A stretch of 64,000 bases of DNA from Eledone cirrhosa. Its lineage: Eukaryota. The position numbers and the translations under genes were made by a program. Location of the stretch: NCBI GenBank assembly GCA_964016885.1, contig OZ024742.1:216256001-216320000 (forward strand). The letters are read 5' to 3'. Under the pieces are notes generated by a model. That model had not been told where the DNA came from, searched no databases, and saw nothing but the letters and a program-made list of their open reading frames with translations. Shown here piece by piece: positions 25,872 to 40,196 of this stretch. The first letter of the stretch is position 1. Each line of letters starts with the position of its first letter.

Positions 25872-26454
25872 GGGCGGTAGATTGGCAGTATCGGTAGAAC
25901 ACCAGGCACTATGTTTTGTAACGTAGAGTTATGGACCTTTACGTTCTGATTTCAAATCCCGTCGAGCTTAGCTTTCGGGTCGATAAAATAAATACTAGTA
26001 ATGCAATGGAGTCGATTTCATCGATTTCCACCTCCCTTTGTGCATATAAAAGATCATTATTATTATTATTATCAATTAGGGCGGTGGATTGGCAGTATCG
26101 GTAGAAGGTCGGACGCCATGCTTTGACGTATAGAGTTACGGCCCTTGCCATTCTGAGTTCAAATCTCGCCGAGGTTAACTTTGCCTTTCATCCTTACGGG
26201 GTCGATAAAATAAAGTACCAGTAATGCACTGGGTACTTGCTGGTCTTGTGCCAAACGTAGAAACAATTATTATTGGTAGTATCGGTGGAGGGTCGGACGC
26301 CATACTTTCCACCATAGTTATGTCCCTTTACGATCTGAGTTCAAATCCCGCCGAGGTTGACTTTGCCTTTCATCCTTACGAGGTCGATAAAATAAAGTAC
26401 CAGTAATGCACTGGGTAATTGCTGGCCTTATGCCTAAAGTATAAACAATTATTA
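25872..26454 (+). mobile_element. Three tandem SINE copies (25872-26040 variant subfamily, 26079-26272, 26273-26454)
   Basis: Head-to-tail copies separated by (ATT)n. Confidence 0.92.
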
Positions 26455-26494
26455 TCAATATTGGTGGTGGTGGTGGTGGTAGTAGTAGTAGTAT

Positions 26495-26536
<42 letters not shown>

Positions 26537-28264
26537 AGCAGCAGAAGCAGCAGTGTGTTGTGGTTTCAACTTTCGCCTTGCTTTTGCGTTTGGTTTATAT
26601 ATATATATATATATATATGTGTGTTATATGTTTTGTATCAATACATGTACGTGACTGTGTGGGTGTTGCGTTTATGTGTATGCGTGTGTATGTGTGTATG
26701 TGCGATGTCTGTGTGAGCGTATGTGTATGTGTGTCCTGGATCTTGAAAGCTTAGGAAAATCCCCTCAAGTTATTAAGCATCAATCAGATATACAATATCT
26801 TATACTTGATTGTTTACACATGTGGAATATTTGAGCAAGATTTTCTAGATCTGCATAATCAAGTGTAATTCAAATTCAGATGTGTCTTTGGATCTAACAG
26901 TTTGTTCGATATCTTTATATTTTCCATCTTCAGGGGGTTAATATCACTTTTTATAACACTATCTTTCCTACTCTTGACAGTATCATGTCTTTTGTCCAGA
27001 TTTAGTTTTATTGAATGTTTAACATTGGTTATTGATCGAATAATAAGAAAAAAAGGAATATGAACCTAATACTTATAGGTCCATTGTTTAAGATTCTTAC
27101 AAGATGTGAACTTAACTCTAACTGAATAAATGGATAGTAAAATATTCCTAAGACAGTCGATATTCATACGTGATGAAGATTCAAGATTAGATGTCTAAAT
27201 GTTCTATATAATCTCCTAGATTCTTACAATGTGAGATCATTTCGTGCAATTTTATTTCATAAAAGAAATTGTAGCTTTAATGATGTTAGCTAGGTTATAT
27301 TTACTATAGACATACTCCTCTAAATGTTTTTAACAGTTTTCTGGTATCAACATTTATTTAGAGATAAGTAGTTATACAAAAACCATTCTTTTTAGTAAGT
27401 TTAAGATGAACTTGATGAGTGATGGATTTGCCACTATGGCTATTGTCGTTATTTTTAGAAATAGTTCGATGTTCATCGTGAAAACGTATGAGAAACGAAA
27501 TTTCAGATGTGACCGACATTATTTCAGACATATATGAAGAATGACAATAACTACTACATACTTCCGTATTTAGTGTTGTTATGCCTATTCGCTTTTAGAG
27601 GGTCGAATTAATAACATGAAGTAACTTACTTTTATCAATAGTATTACTAGAGGAATTGAAATTATTTGCTTTTCCTACTATGCCAATTTTTCTAAGTGAA
27701 AGCACCCCGTTTTCCTTGCCATCCACTGGAGCAATATCGTCTCCATCCTCATCGCCGCGACCACGAGACGTACTGATCTTTAAGTTTCATATATGGCGAT
27801 GGTGTATGGAATAAAGATCTCTCAATTATTGTTTTACTGAAACAGTTATCAAACTCTGGTTATGTATCCATTAATGTTTACATTTATCCACAATATCTTG
27901 AAGCTAGTTCCAATTTTCATTCAATGTCATTAACAATCAGCGCTCAATGCGGAAAGAAAATTTAGAATGTATTCTATAAGGCGTTTACTACGACTCTGTT
28001 AACTTTATAACTCAGATTTACGCAACTACTGCCTTACATTTGTTTTCGCTTAGCACCTTTTTGTGATATATAACTATCGTTTGGAAAGAGGTATGTATTT
28101 AATTATGTCTCATATAAAATAATACAACTGGCTTTTCGCAAAATACGTATAGTTAGCACCCCAAACGTATAATTGGGATTATACTAAGGTATATCCTAAT
28201 GTTGGTTGAGTGAGACGGAAGTCGGTCGGAGTATTGCTTAAAGCTTTCTCTGTTAATGTATTAA

Positions 28265-28299
<35 letters not shown>

Positions 28300-28312
28300 G
28301 ACACACATACAT

Positions 28313-28372
<60 letters not shown>

Positions 28373-28744
28373 GTGTGTGGGGGGGTAAGTTTGTGTGTGT
28401 ATGTGTATATATATATAATAGTGTGTGTGTGTATGTGAGTTTGTGTTTATATGTGTGTGTGTGTGTTCTGAAATGGCTGACTGAATACGCACGTGCTTTT
28501 TCGAAAAAAAGCAAAAACGGATTTTTTCTTTGGGGGGGGGGGGGTCCTCCCTCGTCTCACTCTATCATTCTATTTCATCTTTTATTTCTCATTCTAACTC
28601 CTCATGATTGACTAGTGTCCGAAACTTAAATGCTCTTTTCTTACTATATCAAGCGTGAATTAATACATTTATTCACTGTATTTTTTTCTTTGTTGTTTTC
28701 GTTCCTTATACATAAATACACACCAATACAGATACACACACACT

Positions 28745-28812
<68 letters not shown>

Positions 28813-28824
<12 letters not shown>

Positions 28825-29535
28825 AAGACGAAGTTTTCTGTATGTGTGTGTGGACAATTTTTAATGAGGGCTCATATATTCTAAACCATTCATGCCATTT
28901 ATTTGAAATTTTTTACAGAACTTCTCCTTGCACAAAACCTGTTCATGATCTATAAAGGCTTTCAAAAATCGATATTGGTGCCTTTGGAGACATTAAAAAA
29001 GTTTTGGCTATTTGTGTCAATTTTCGTGATTAAGTAAGACAAGAGTTATCTTTAAGTAAGACAAGAGTTATATTTCGTAATTCGGCTCATTCGGATTTTA
29101 ATTTACTCTTTGTACTTGAAACAAAAGGTACGCTTCCTTGAAACTAACAATATAATTTTGTATATTTCACAACCAGCAATTTATAACAGATTACTAAGTT
29201 AAGTTATAGATTTGATATTGTATAATTTACCGTTTCAAGCTTGATGTTCATATATTAAGTGACGTCATAACATTTACAATTCACTTCACTTCGCTATTTC
29301 ATGATGCGCGTTCACTGTTGTCAAAGAAATGTATACATAGACTGGATTTCTGTTGCTACATGGTATAACTGATGACACCGAGCTCACATAATAATTATTT
29401 CGCTGGAATAGTGCCTAAGGTTTTCATGTTTACATAAATTACGTTTTTCTTCTATGTACTCAAATTTACTTTGTTTAGTTTAATGAGCTACATCGAAACT
29501 ACTTGAACCGTCCAAAGGACGGGTAGTTTATCTAG
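28813..29535 (+). mobile_element. Non-autonomous Helitron-like element
   Basis: tatataaa start, TG microsatellite, gaaatttt motif, 3' hairpin ccgtccaaaggacgg, then CTAG-T. Confidence 0.65.
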
Positions 29536-29559
29536 TATATATATATGTGTATATATATA

Positions 29560-30290
29560 CATATAAATAATTACAACAGTGACATAAACATGTACTCAGG
29601 TTTCGTTGGCTCTGGGCCCCAATTTCTTCAGCCTGTCAGGAGAAAAATGGAAAACAAAGATGAACGTCTGTGGTTGATTGTGTTTTCCCTTTGGGCATAT
29701 AAGAAGAGAGTTCACGCAGGGGGAGGTAATTTAGAAAAAGAATAGAAAAGAAGCGGTTATTTTAAAAAAATGGTAAGATCTAAGGGAGGTAACTCATGAG
29801 AAACCACAGTCAATTCAGAATGGAAATAGAAGCTCAATAATTTCTTCTAGTCGACAACAGGGAACACAGTTCGCTGAAATAGCATATAATCAGTAACTGG
29901 AAAAATACATCTGGACCAGTTAGTCAGGCATACGCCATTTATCCAAAATATATTTCTTCCCGTGGGGGCAACCACCGAAGCAATCGAGTCGTGTGTTGAG
30001 GAAGTGCTTATCCGAAGCTAATTGTGAGAGTAACCACCATTTTTCGGAATTATAAAGCCGGCAAAATGTCGACCCATTTACGTAGTCGATAGATCTTTCC
30101 AAAATACGGGATTTGATGGAAAAAGGCGTGCCATTTCTCATGAGGCCCATACGTGGTTTGCGAGCTGGGATATCTGAATATTGTTTCGGAATGATTCCAT
30201 CGAACAGAAATTGAAATATAATTTTAGGCTATGTATATAGCAGCAGCCACCGCTATAAATGAGAAAATTACAAGATGGGAACTAGAATAT
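29560..30290 (-). mobile_element. PLE 3' fragment (endonuclease C-terminus + pLTR)
   Basis: ORF 29920-30150 ILERSIDYVNGSTFCRLYNSEK..LNTRLDCFGGCPH parallels the C-terminus at 9241-9420; hammerhead-like motif downstream. Confidence 0.7.
29587..29637 (-). ncRNA. Degenerate hammerhead motif
   Basis: Minus strand: acagg CTGAAGA aa ttgg..ccaa c GAAA cctgag TA catgt. Confidence 0.55.
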
Positions 30291-30314
30291 CGTATTAAAT
30301 ATCATACATATTTA

Positions 30315-30504
30315 ATAATTGTTTCTACTTTTGGCCCAAGGCCACCAATTATTCCAGTGCATGACTGGTACTTTATTTTATCGACCTCGTAAGAATGAAA
30401 GGCAAAGTTAACCTCGGCGGGATTTGAACGTATACCGTAAAGGGGCGTAACTCTTTTGCTGCAAAAGCATGGAGTCCAACCCGCTACCGATACTGCCAAT
30501 CCAC
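30315..30504 (-). mobile_element. SINE
   Basis: Same family. Confidence 0.92.
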
Positions 30505-32471
30505 ATAATATTCTTTAGTTATTTTCCTACAATTTTCCTGAGCTATTGTAGCCATAGAAATGTTTGTGCTCACGCGAATGCCGTATGTGAGTAATGAAGG
30601 CGAGTTGATTAGGAGAATCTCATTCTGACAATTCACTGAAATTGTCATTTCTCCCGTTTCTGCTTTTGTTGTACTGGAACTATTGTTATGGTTTTATTAT
30701 CTTTCCATTATTTTCTTTCGGTTGTATGCAAGCTGTATATACATTTTAATCAAATCACCAGTCAGCAAGTCAATTCTGTCATCTAACCGTTCATTTTTAT
30801 CCACGTTTACTCATTTCCCTACCCAGTTATTTTAATCTATATCCAAACGGCTTTCAACTCTCATTCTTAAACTCTCCTTCCTTTCTGCTGCTACCATTCG
30901 TTCAGCTGCCATATCCACGATAATGCATATTCTTCCCTTCTTCGTTCAGAATCAGAAACGTGCACGAATCTATTAACTTTATCCTAAATTGTTTCCTATG
31001 AACTTGAAGACAGTAACTTCTTAGTTTATGACAGGTTTCACGATATCTTCCATTCGTTTAAATATCTATAATCTTCCGCCATTTTTAAAGTCATTCTACA
31101 CCTTTCTCTCTATCTCTCCCTTTAACAGAATTTTAAAAGCCTTTGATAGACAGTAGGAATAAATATATTCATAGGTAAATATAATATGTAAAAAAAGAAT
31201 CAAACTTACATTGTGAACGCAACAACTTTACACTAGGCTACAAAACATAGTACATATTGCTCCTGCATATACAGAAATATCAGCAAAATGCAAGAATCAA
31301 TTACTGCGAATAACTGTAATATAATGCAATGTTGATAGCATGCTATGGAATAAGATTTTTCAATTAGCATTCTGAATGTAGCTTCGAGCAACTGGTGTTG
31401 AAAATTATCAGATTCCATTAGATCAATTCTGTTAAGCTGTTGTTAATCAAATGGTTGACAGTTCGCAAGGCTGTGAAGCTAGTGAAAATTTTTGCTTGTC
31501 AGGTGTGCTTGAGTGATCTGTCCGGATCGGGTATTTCTGACAGGGAATTGAATCTCAATAAATCACTGCATGCGGAAACAATGAATCAGAAGAAACTGAA
31601 GAAATATCGGATAACAGTTGCATTTCAACCATGAATGATAACAAACAGAACGTGAATAATGGGACGTTAACATCAGGTTAAATGGGGCTCGAGAGAGAAG
31701 TTAGAAGTAATTGTTGTCATATTGACATACCAACAGATATTACATTGGTGTACTCGACACATTCCATATGCTAAGGAAATATTTAATGTATATTCTCTAA
31801 GAATACGCCACTTGAGAGACTATGTATACATACTCTCTCACACACATACAGTCATATATATATATGTATATACATATATACATATATGTGTGTGTATGTG
31901 GGTGTTCGTATGCGTATATGTCGCATTTAGTCTGATGTTTGAAGGGTGTGTTATGCAATCGACTGTACCAACTGTTCATTGAATTCGTGTTCAAAATCAC
32001 TGATTATTCCAGAATCAGAGTAGCACAGTGTCAGAAGAGAAACATGTTAACCCTTTGAATTACAGGTGTACTGTATCCTATGAGACAGATTTCCAAACCA
32101 TTTCTTCGTAATTAATTTCATTCAAGTATTAAATTGCCTAGAGGCGATGGTAAAAAGCATTGTTTAACCTAGTATTACGAAGCAAACTTCTTTAAAATGC
32201 GGCTATGGTGGAATGCAATATATATGAATACATCTGTGTTCCAGTGTGCCTGTGTGAGTATCTAAAATGTTTCATAAAACTTACTGAATCTTACTGAGAA
32301 AGCAGTAGCAATGTGAGAATGCCAGAGTCTAGCGTTTCAGGACATAACTCTTACATGATAACATAAAACATTTGTAGCGAGACATATGTTTGTACCATAA
32401 ACGTACCATATAATCTTTCATGCCCACCTCTAGTATGAATCCTTCTATGTTAATGTTATCGCTGATGTATA

Positions 32472-32577
<106 letters not shown>

Positions 32578-32678
32578 TACATATATTTATATATATATAT
32601 ATATTTATGTATATATATATATATATCTCTATATATATATATATACATATATATATACATATATACATATATATATAC

Positions 32679-32748
<70 letters not shown>

Positions 32749-33881
32749 AAATAGGGATAGGTAGAAAGATAGATATACGTATATATATATTTTTAATGTA
32801 TAGGAAAAACAAATACTGGGCGTGAAGCATAGACAAATGAAGAATTTGAAAAATGAAAAATACATCAATTTTCTATACTTCACGTCTAGTATTTGTTTTT
32901 CCTATATATTTAAACATATTATTATTCCATGATCTTCCATCTGGATATTATAATATGATCCCTCTTTTTAGTACTGTAACCTACAAGGACCATGTTGAGG
33001 AAAATACTTTGGTAAGCAATCTCACTTTATTTTTATTATTTTTTTTCATCTGTACACTTATCTACACAAACAAACTTTACTCGTACATTTATTCATGTTA
33101 TTAATATATATATTAATATATATATATTATGGGGGGGGGGGGGGGTATGCGTGTGTGTATGTGTCTGTGTCTGTGTGTATGTGTGTGTAACTAATGAAAT
33201 CTATAGTACGGAAATAATATTTGTGTAATCTGTTTGCAATGAATTAAATTTATTTCATTCATCGTTAAATTCTTTGAAGGTCATTCTAAGATTGCTATAA
33301 TATATTTTGAATAAAAAAGATGGTAAGAAAGAATAAAATGTTTAACGAGAGATAGTGAAAAAAGGCTGGTATATTTTGGAAATACGATGTGTAATTTTAT
33401 AACTCGTATATCTAAAGAAACGGTAAATATTTTGAATATGTGGCTGTTACATTTTCATATTTGGTCGAAATCTAAGTCTCTGTGGATGAATTTAAAAATA
33501 AAGCCTTTTACGTTTAAAAGAAAGTTGAAATATGTTTCAATGTACTGCTTGGTATGTTAATACTGTAGCTAATGTTTCGGTTTCATAAAATATAAGTAAC
33601 TGTAATTAAGGGTTATTGAATTTAGTAGTGATAAAAATAGTTGATATTATCAGATGAAACAGGACTACTTTACATTTCTGAGACTAATTTCACCATATAA
33701 ATATTATTAAATTACAGAATACTCCTAAAGAGGAATTCGCCTGAAATCAGATTGAGGGTAATATGAGAAAAATCTGAGAATATGAAGATAACGATATTTT
33801 ACAAGGTGTAATTGTGCTCGTATCATTTTAAAATACGTAGTTAGAATGTCTAAGAATTTCTTGTAGTGCATATATATATAA

Positions 33882-34077
33882 GAAAAGAGTCAGGACCCCG
33901 ACGGCTGGGCTACGGCCGTTTCGACAGCTAGATCCGAACGTTTGGATCTAGCTGTCGAAACGGCCGGAGCTCAGCCGTCGGGGTCCTGACTCTTTTCCTA
34001 TCACTCGCTCTACTACCCTAAGTATCAAGTACTCTGGAGCGTTATGGTCCACTTGGTTCCTTACCTAACTTACTTTG

Positions 34078-34079
<2 letters not shown>
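33882..34079. mobile_element. ~200-bp TA-flanked element with a 58-bp-arm terminal hairpin (unclassified)
   Basis: Palindrome 33882-33997 plus a unique arm 33998-34079; homologous to 42038-42238. Confidence 0.85.
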
Positions 34080-34113
<34 letters not shown>

Positions 34114-35233
34114 GCATATACACCCGTGTGTGTGTGTGTGTGTGTGTGTGCGTGCGCGCGCGTGTGTGTCTGCCTGTCTGTGTGTTTGTGTCAATGTGTG
34201 TGTGTACAAAAGCTTTTCTAAAATAGTTATGATGTAAAGCAATACAAACGTCTCACTTAAATGATATCATCTGCAGGATATAACTATATCGATGAGATAA
34301 TGTGGTAGGTTATGTCTTGAATGTGTTTTTTATTGGTTATTATGCTGAGTGCGTTGTTGTTTATATTTCCGGATTCACTTTACATGTATTTATTATACTT
34401 GACAGGATGTGATGAGAAATAGAATGCAATGATTGTTGTTCATATGCTATATAGCCTAGGAAATTGTAATATTAGATATCAAAGTAAATGGCCATCCGAA
34501 TAACTCATAATTGCCTTTTTTTGTTTTGTTTTTGTTTTCAGTTAAATTTATTCTATGAGATTTTATCGTCCAGTCCCAAGCCTTGAGTATAGAATATTAC
34601 GATAAAATATAATTGAAAAATTACTTGCATAATAGAGTGGAATCTAATCTACGTCAGGAGTTTCGCTGAAGTTTCAATTATTCTATGTAGTTAATTCATT
34701 AAGGTCATAAATGCTGGCTTTTCTCACCCCACGCAGCATAATATGCCATGCTTACATAACAAGAGAAAAACACTTCATCATACGGTTTTGCACACTCTAA
34801 GCTTCGTTCGAATTGAAATATTTCAAAGGGCATATTAAATGGTTGTAGTTAATTACCCCAACACATCATGTTAATGCTGTGTATTTTATCGCCTACCGAG
34901 GGATAAGAATTCATGAACCGCTCTAAATCTTTTATTCTTCTGAATATTCTCTTGCATTTATAGAAATAAGTCTATGTTGGAAGTCCCAAATTTTCATGGT
35001 TAATTTTTATTTCTTATGTAAATTTTTGGTCATAATTTTATTATACCTTTGATTTTTAAATAGAAATTATATTCAACCCCATGGTTCATTTCAACCCTTT
35101 TAATCTATTCACATGTGATCCCACAGTTTTATGGTTTAAAGTAAACTAAATAACGTAAAGAAAATATTTTCCCATCATGCTCAGAAGAGAAACAAAGAAA
35201 GAAAATCGAAAGAACAGATTCAGTGAACAACAT

Positions 35234-35421
35234 ATAATTGTTTCTACTTTTGGCACAAGGCCAGCAATTACCCAGTGCATTACTGGTACTTTATTTTATC
35301 GACCCCATAAGGATGAAAGGCAAAGTTAACCTTGACGGGATTTGAACTCAGACCATAAAGGGACGTAACTATGCTGGAAAGCATGGCATCCGACACTCTA
35401 CCGATATTGTCAATTCACCGC
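35234..35421 (-). mobile_element. SINE
   Basis: Same family. Confidence 0.92.
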
Positions 35422-35738
35422 ATTTAATAACAGTATATGAGGGATGCTCTTAAAAGAAGCGATACTAACGGATCGATGTTTCTAACACTAGTCAGTGTTT
35501 GGGGGAAATAAGTAACAGGAGTATATATGACACAAACGATAAAAAGAGAAACAAACAAAATGGGTGGTCACGTATGAAACCTTGTTAGAAAAGGGAGCCT
35601 ATTGGAAACCTGAAAACGAAGTTGTCCAGATATTAGAAAGGTGATTGTGAATGGTGGGGAAGCATAAGGACGTGTGGGTGAGTGAAGGGAGGTCTACATA
35701 TCTATTGTGGGGAGTTCTTTAGTGAGAATTCACACGTG

Positions 35739-35787
<49 letters not shown>

Positions 35788-36139
35788 TTGGTGCTCTGAA
35801 CCGAATGTATGTATAGTACATTTGATAATATGCTGTATGTTTAATTAAAAACATTTTGAAGATCATTCTCTATGAATTTTAAAGTAGTTACTATGTCGCT
35901 TACTTACTCTCGGCAAAAACAAAGGGGAGTAATCGACAGTCTTGTTTCTTGTTCGTTAGCGGTAATCAAGACTACTTACCCCTTCGCTTCCGCCGAGAAT
36001 TATAGAAGCAGGAAATTAGGTATCAGTATTGGTGCTCATATATACATCGCTATTTCAGAACACCAACACTAATACCTAATTTTTGCTGGACCGTCAACCG
36101 CTCTATTTAATGAGTTCGTAAACCTTACTGGAATTGTAT

Positions 36140-36662
36140 AAGAATCTGAGACATGTGGGAAAGAAGGATCTGGAGAACTGAAGTGACGGGTGACAGAACT
36201 ATCCTTACCGAGTCGTATGGACCTCAAATGTTCAGCGAAATGGTCGGCCAAACGACGTGCCGATTGTCCGATATATAAGTACCCACAAAGGGAACACCGG
36301 ACGGCATAGACAAAGTGGGTGGAGGTGCAAGGAAAGGAGTGGCGGATACGATATGAACTGCTGGGGCCTGTGAGAGTAGTGAGGTTGGAAATGAAATAAC
36401 AAGTGTTACAGCGGGGACGAGAACATGGATGAGAGGCAGGTGGATTTGTAGGAGAGGACCAGAAGGAACTGCGGAGGTTATGGCCGTGCTTAAATGCAGT
36501 GATACGTGGGTTAGGAAAAACGCGAGACATGACGGGGTCAGAAGAGAGGGTACCGAAAGAATGGAGATAATATGTCACCGAAGATGTAGGATGATGGGGT
36601 GGTACGTGAGAGGGAAAGGACGACGGTTGTGGGGAGGGTGCTGGTGAGATAGGCGTTTGCAT
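36140..36662 (-). pseudogene. PLE (Neptune-like) GIY-YIG fragment, a different family from copies A/B
   Basis: PCSRPRCNTC, CTSTHFVYAVRCSLCGYLYIGQS, RLADHFAEHLRSI, VTRHF. Confidence 0.85.
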
Positions 36663-37008
36663 GTTCTATAAATAGTTAATCAATAACTTAATTGTTAATA
36701 TTACCATTTAACATCAGATAAATTAGTACAGCGAGTTGGTGAATTAAGATCGAAGTTTTCGAGATTCTGTTTTAAAAATGATCTTAAGTAAACCTGTTAT
36801 AACTTTCGGTTTCATTGTCATTTGAAAGTGTGACTGTAGCATGATAAATTAAGATTAGAAAAGATGGCGTAAAAATGGGAGGCATTACCGTGGTTCCAAC
36901 TAGAGACAATTGACGAGTTTCGCATAAATGCGGCTGAAATATTTCTTGTAACTAATAATGCACATGTAAGATTCATTATCACATATTATATATATATATA
37001 TATATATA

Positions 37009-37070
<62 letters not shown>

Positions 37071-37089
37071 AATGTATGAACACATATTT

Positions 37090-37560
37090 ATATCCTTCTT
37101 CTGCTCTTGCCCATTCATTTCAGAGGGGATCATGGGGGAGGGTGCTCAAACAATCCTTCCGGTGGTTCCTATCAGAACAGAAGAAATTGTTTCAAACTAA
37201 TCCGGCTTAGGAATGTTATCCAACCATCTTCCTCCGTGTCTACACCTGGGTCACCTGCCAGTTAGTTTTGCCTGTAAATTCTGTCCAGCGATTATTTCCT
37301 GAGACATTGCAATCATAGGCCAATAGTATCGGAGCTGTGTTCTTTTATTTCAGAAAAGTAGTGACTCAAACTGGGGTGACTCTCAAATCTCCACGCGATG
37401 CATTTTATCGAGTACAGTTTCTCCAAAGATCCTTCCCAGGAACACCATTTGTATTAGCGATCTTATTCATCAGCCATTACCCAAGATTCATGACAATAGG
37501 TAAGGCACGAATACCGAATTGAAGATAACGTGGTTGGCTTTTACAATCAAACAGGCAAAG
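37090..37560 (-). mobile_element. Decayed RTE-clade LINE 3' fragment
   Basis: Hand translation of the minus strand: SVFVP-LTYCHESWVM..MVFLGRIFG..TQLRY..GRWLDNI, with stops and frameshifts. Confidence 0.7.
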
Positions 37561-37643
37561 ACACAGACACACAGACATACAGACAAACGCCCACGCCAAC
37601 ACGCACACACACACATACACACGCATGTACACACACACACGCG

Positions 37644-37690
<47 letters not shown>

Positions 37691-37819
37691 ATGCTTTGGG
37701 AGGGTCATGTTGCCAATAAGAAACACACGCACTAGTGTTTCACTCCAATTTATTATAAATTAAATTTATAAATTTCGGTTGGTTGGTTGGTTCCACAACC
37801 GGACGGTTGTTCATATATT

Positions 37820-37866
37820 GTCAAAGTTCTTTCATCACACATACATTCTGTGACCTCTTCAGTGAC
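37820..37866 (-). ncRNA. Minimal type I hammerhead, core intact
   Basis: Minus strand: gtca CTGAAGA g gtcaca..tgtgat GAAA gaac TT tgac. Confidence 0.7.
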
Positions 37867-37922
37867 TGGGGATTCTTTTCTTTGTTTCTGTGCCTCTCCT
37901 TTGTTCTGTCCTACGCCATCTT

Positions 37923-37987
<65 letters not shown>

Positions 37988-38450
37988 CATATATATATGG
38001 AGGCAGAGAGAGAAAGATATCTGGAATATCTATATGTGTGTATGTGAGGGCGAGGGCAGTGTATAAGTTAGTATATGAGTTACTGAAATTAATGGTGGTG
38101 TAGTGGTTGTTTCTGTGTGCATGCGTGTCAGTAAATGAATACGTATGTAAGCGCACAACAGTTCAGTTAATACTATTTAAAGCAGGGACGTCGTCTTTGA
38201 TATCATCGATTTTCAGTACATGTAGGTCAAGGAACGTCGTGCGCAATGATGAAAGCTAAATAAAGATGTAACTATACATACATACAGAACCACACACATA
38301 CTGAAAAACATATACATATGTGTGCCTGTGTCTGCGTCTGTTTGTATGCGTTTATGTATGTATATGTATATATTTATATATATATGTGTATTTATATATG
38401 TGTGTGTGTATTTATATATATATGTGTGTGTGTATTTATATATATATATG

Positions 38451-38487
<37 letters not shown>

Positions 38488-38490
38488 ATA

Positions 38491-38534
<44 letters not shown>

Positions 38535-38555
38535 TGTAATAAACAAGATGATTAT

Positions 38556-38614
38556 TTCATTTACCAGTGGTTTCTTGAAGACATGTTATGTCTGTCTTCA
38601 GTCGTCAAAATGAA
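38556..38614 (-). ncRNA. Type I hammerhead motif with C3 changed to U
   Basis: Minus strand: ttcatt TTGACGA ctgaagaca..tgtcttcaa GAAA ccactgg TA aatgaa. Confidence 0.7.
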
Positions 38615-38773
38615 TAAAAAAACATGGTGTATTTATTAAATATGGATTTTAAAACAAAATTTAGGAAATATGAAAGTGAGGCTGAAACAAACGGGCAAAA
38701 AGGAAATAGGGGAAAAAAAATATATATATATAAAAATATACATATCCAGAACGTAAACATACATACACTCAAC

Positions 38774-38851
<78 letters not shown>

Positions 38852-39021
38852 GTTGTTTTGTCAATTTATTCTTTTTGGTGTATTACTCTGTTATTTTGGT
38901 TTATTATATTGTTTATATTTTAAATCTATTTGTTAGTTTAATTATTAAAGAGGATATTGACTAAATATGGAAATATGGGTTTGTAGATTACAATTAATGG
39001 GATTATTAGTACCAATATATA

Positions 39022-39208
39022 ATAATTGTTTCTACTTTTGGCATATGGCCATCAATTATCCCAGTGTATTACTGATACTTTATTTTATCGACCCCGTAAG
39101 GATGAAAGGTAAAGTTAACCTCGGCGGGATTTGAACTCAGAATGCCAATGGCCGTAACTCTATGCGTCAAAGCATGGCGTCCGACCCTCAACCAATACTA
39201 CCAGTCCA
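39022..39208 (-). mobile_element. SINE
   Basis: Same family. Confidence 0.92.
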
Positions 39209-39549
39209 GTTAGACATTAATTTCTCCTTTGATTCTATTTATTTGTATAATATTAAATAAAAATGAACTGAATGTCTATATGCGTTTTCTTTCAAAAACT
39301 GATATAAGTAAAGCTATTGATTTTATCAATTCATCGATTGATTTATCATCTATACAACTAAGTCGTCGAATTGGCAGAATCATTACATCATCAAATAGAA
39401 TGCTACGGGGTATTCGTTCAGCATATATAAGCTTTTAGCTTAAACCCCTCCGAAGTAATATTAACCATTCCTCATTTTGTACAATATTGTACTAAATTGT
39501 ACTAACTTAATACTGAGTTGATTCTCTCTCTCTATATATATATATATAT

Positions 39550-39763
39550 ATTATCTATTTAGAACACCATATGTTAATGCCACCCACCACTCAGTGACAC
39601 ACACACACACAGGTTGATACACACATACATACACACACACGATTGACACACGGTTACGGACAAAGTCACACACAGACACAACAAATCTAAATACAGTTAG
39701 AATAGGAAATTTATCATGGCAATACTATCTTGTGAAGCGATAGAGAGAGAGTGAGGGAGAGAG

Positions 39764-39799
<36 letters not shown>

Positions 39800-40013
39800 C
39801 TCTCTCCCTCACTCTCTCTCTATCGCTTCACAAGATAGTATTGCCATGATAAATTTCCTATTCTAACTGTATTTAGATTTGTTGTGTCTGTGTGTGACTT
39901 TGTCCGTAACCGTGTGTCAATCGTGTGTGTGTATGTATGTGTGTATCAACCTGTGTGTGTGTGTGTCACTGAGTGGTGGGTGGCATTAACATATGGTGTT
40001 CTAAATAGATAAT
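39550..40013. repeat. 464-bp palindrome centred on (TA)n; no mismatch seen
   Basis: Arms 39550-39766 and 39797-40013. Confidence 0.95.
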
Positions 40014-40196
40014 TGTTTCTACTATTTGCACAAGACCAGAAATTACCCAGTACATTACTGGTACTTTATTTTATCGACCCCGTAAGGATGAAAGGCACAG
40101 TTAACCTCGGCGGGATTTGAACTCAGAATGGCAAGGGCAGTAACTGTATGCGTCAAAGCATGGCGTCCGACCCTCTACGATACTGCCAATTCACCG
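40014..40196 (-). mobile_element. SINE with an 18-bp target-site duplication
   Basis: gtgttctaaatagataat on both sides. Confidence 0.93.

Noticed and set aside
26760-27460. AT-rich stretch that may be a decayed PLE
   Set aside because: No recognisable protein motif or complete hammerhead.
27690-27790. GC-rich island with a short open frame on the minus strand (ISTSRGRGDEDGDDIAPVDGKETG), possible exon
   Set aside because: The nearby acceptor (tttcag) and donor (gtaagt) give no stop-free frame; RNA-seq would be needed.
31440-31634. VRKAVKLVKIFACQVCLSDL, loosely like a P-element/THAP9 transposase C-terminus
   Set aside because: A single short motif with no supporting flanking homology or terminal repeats.
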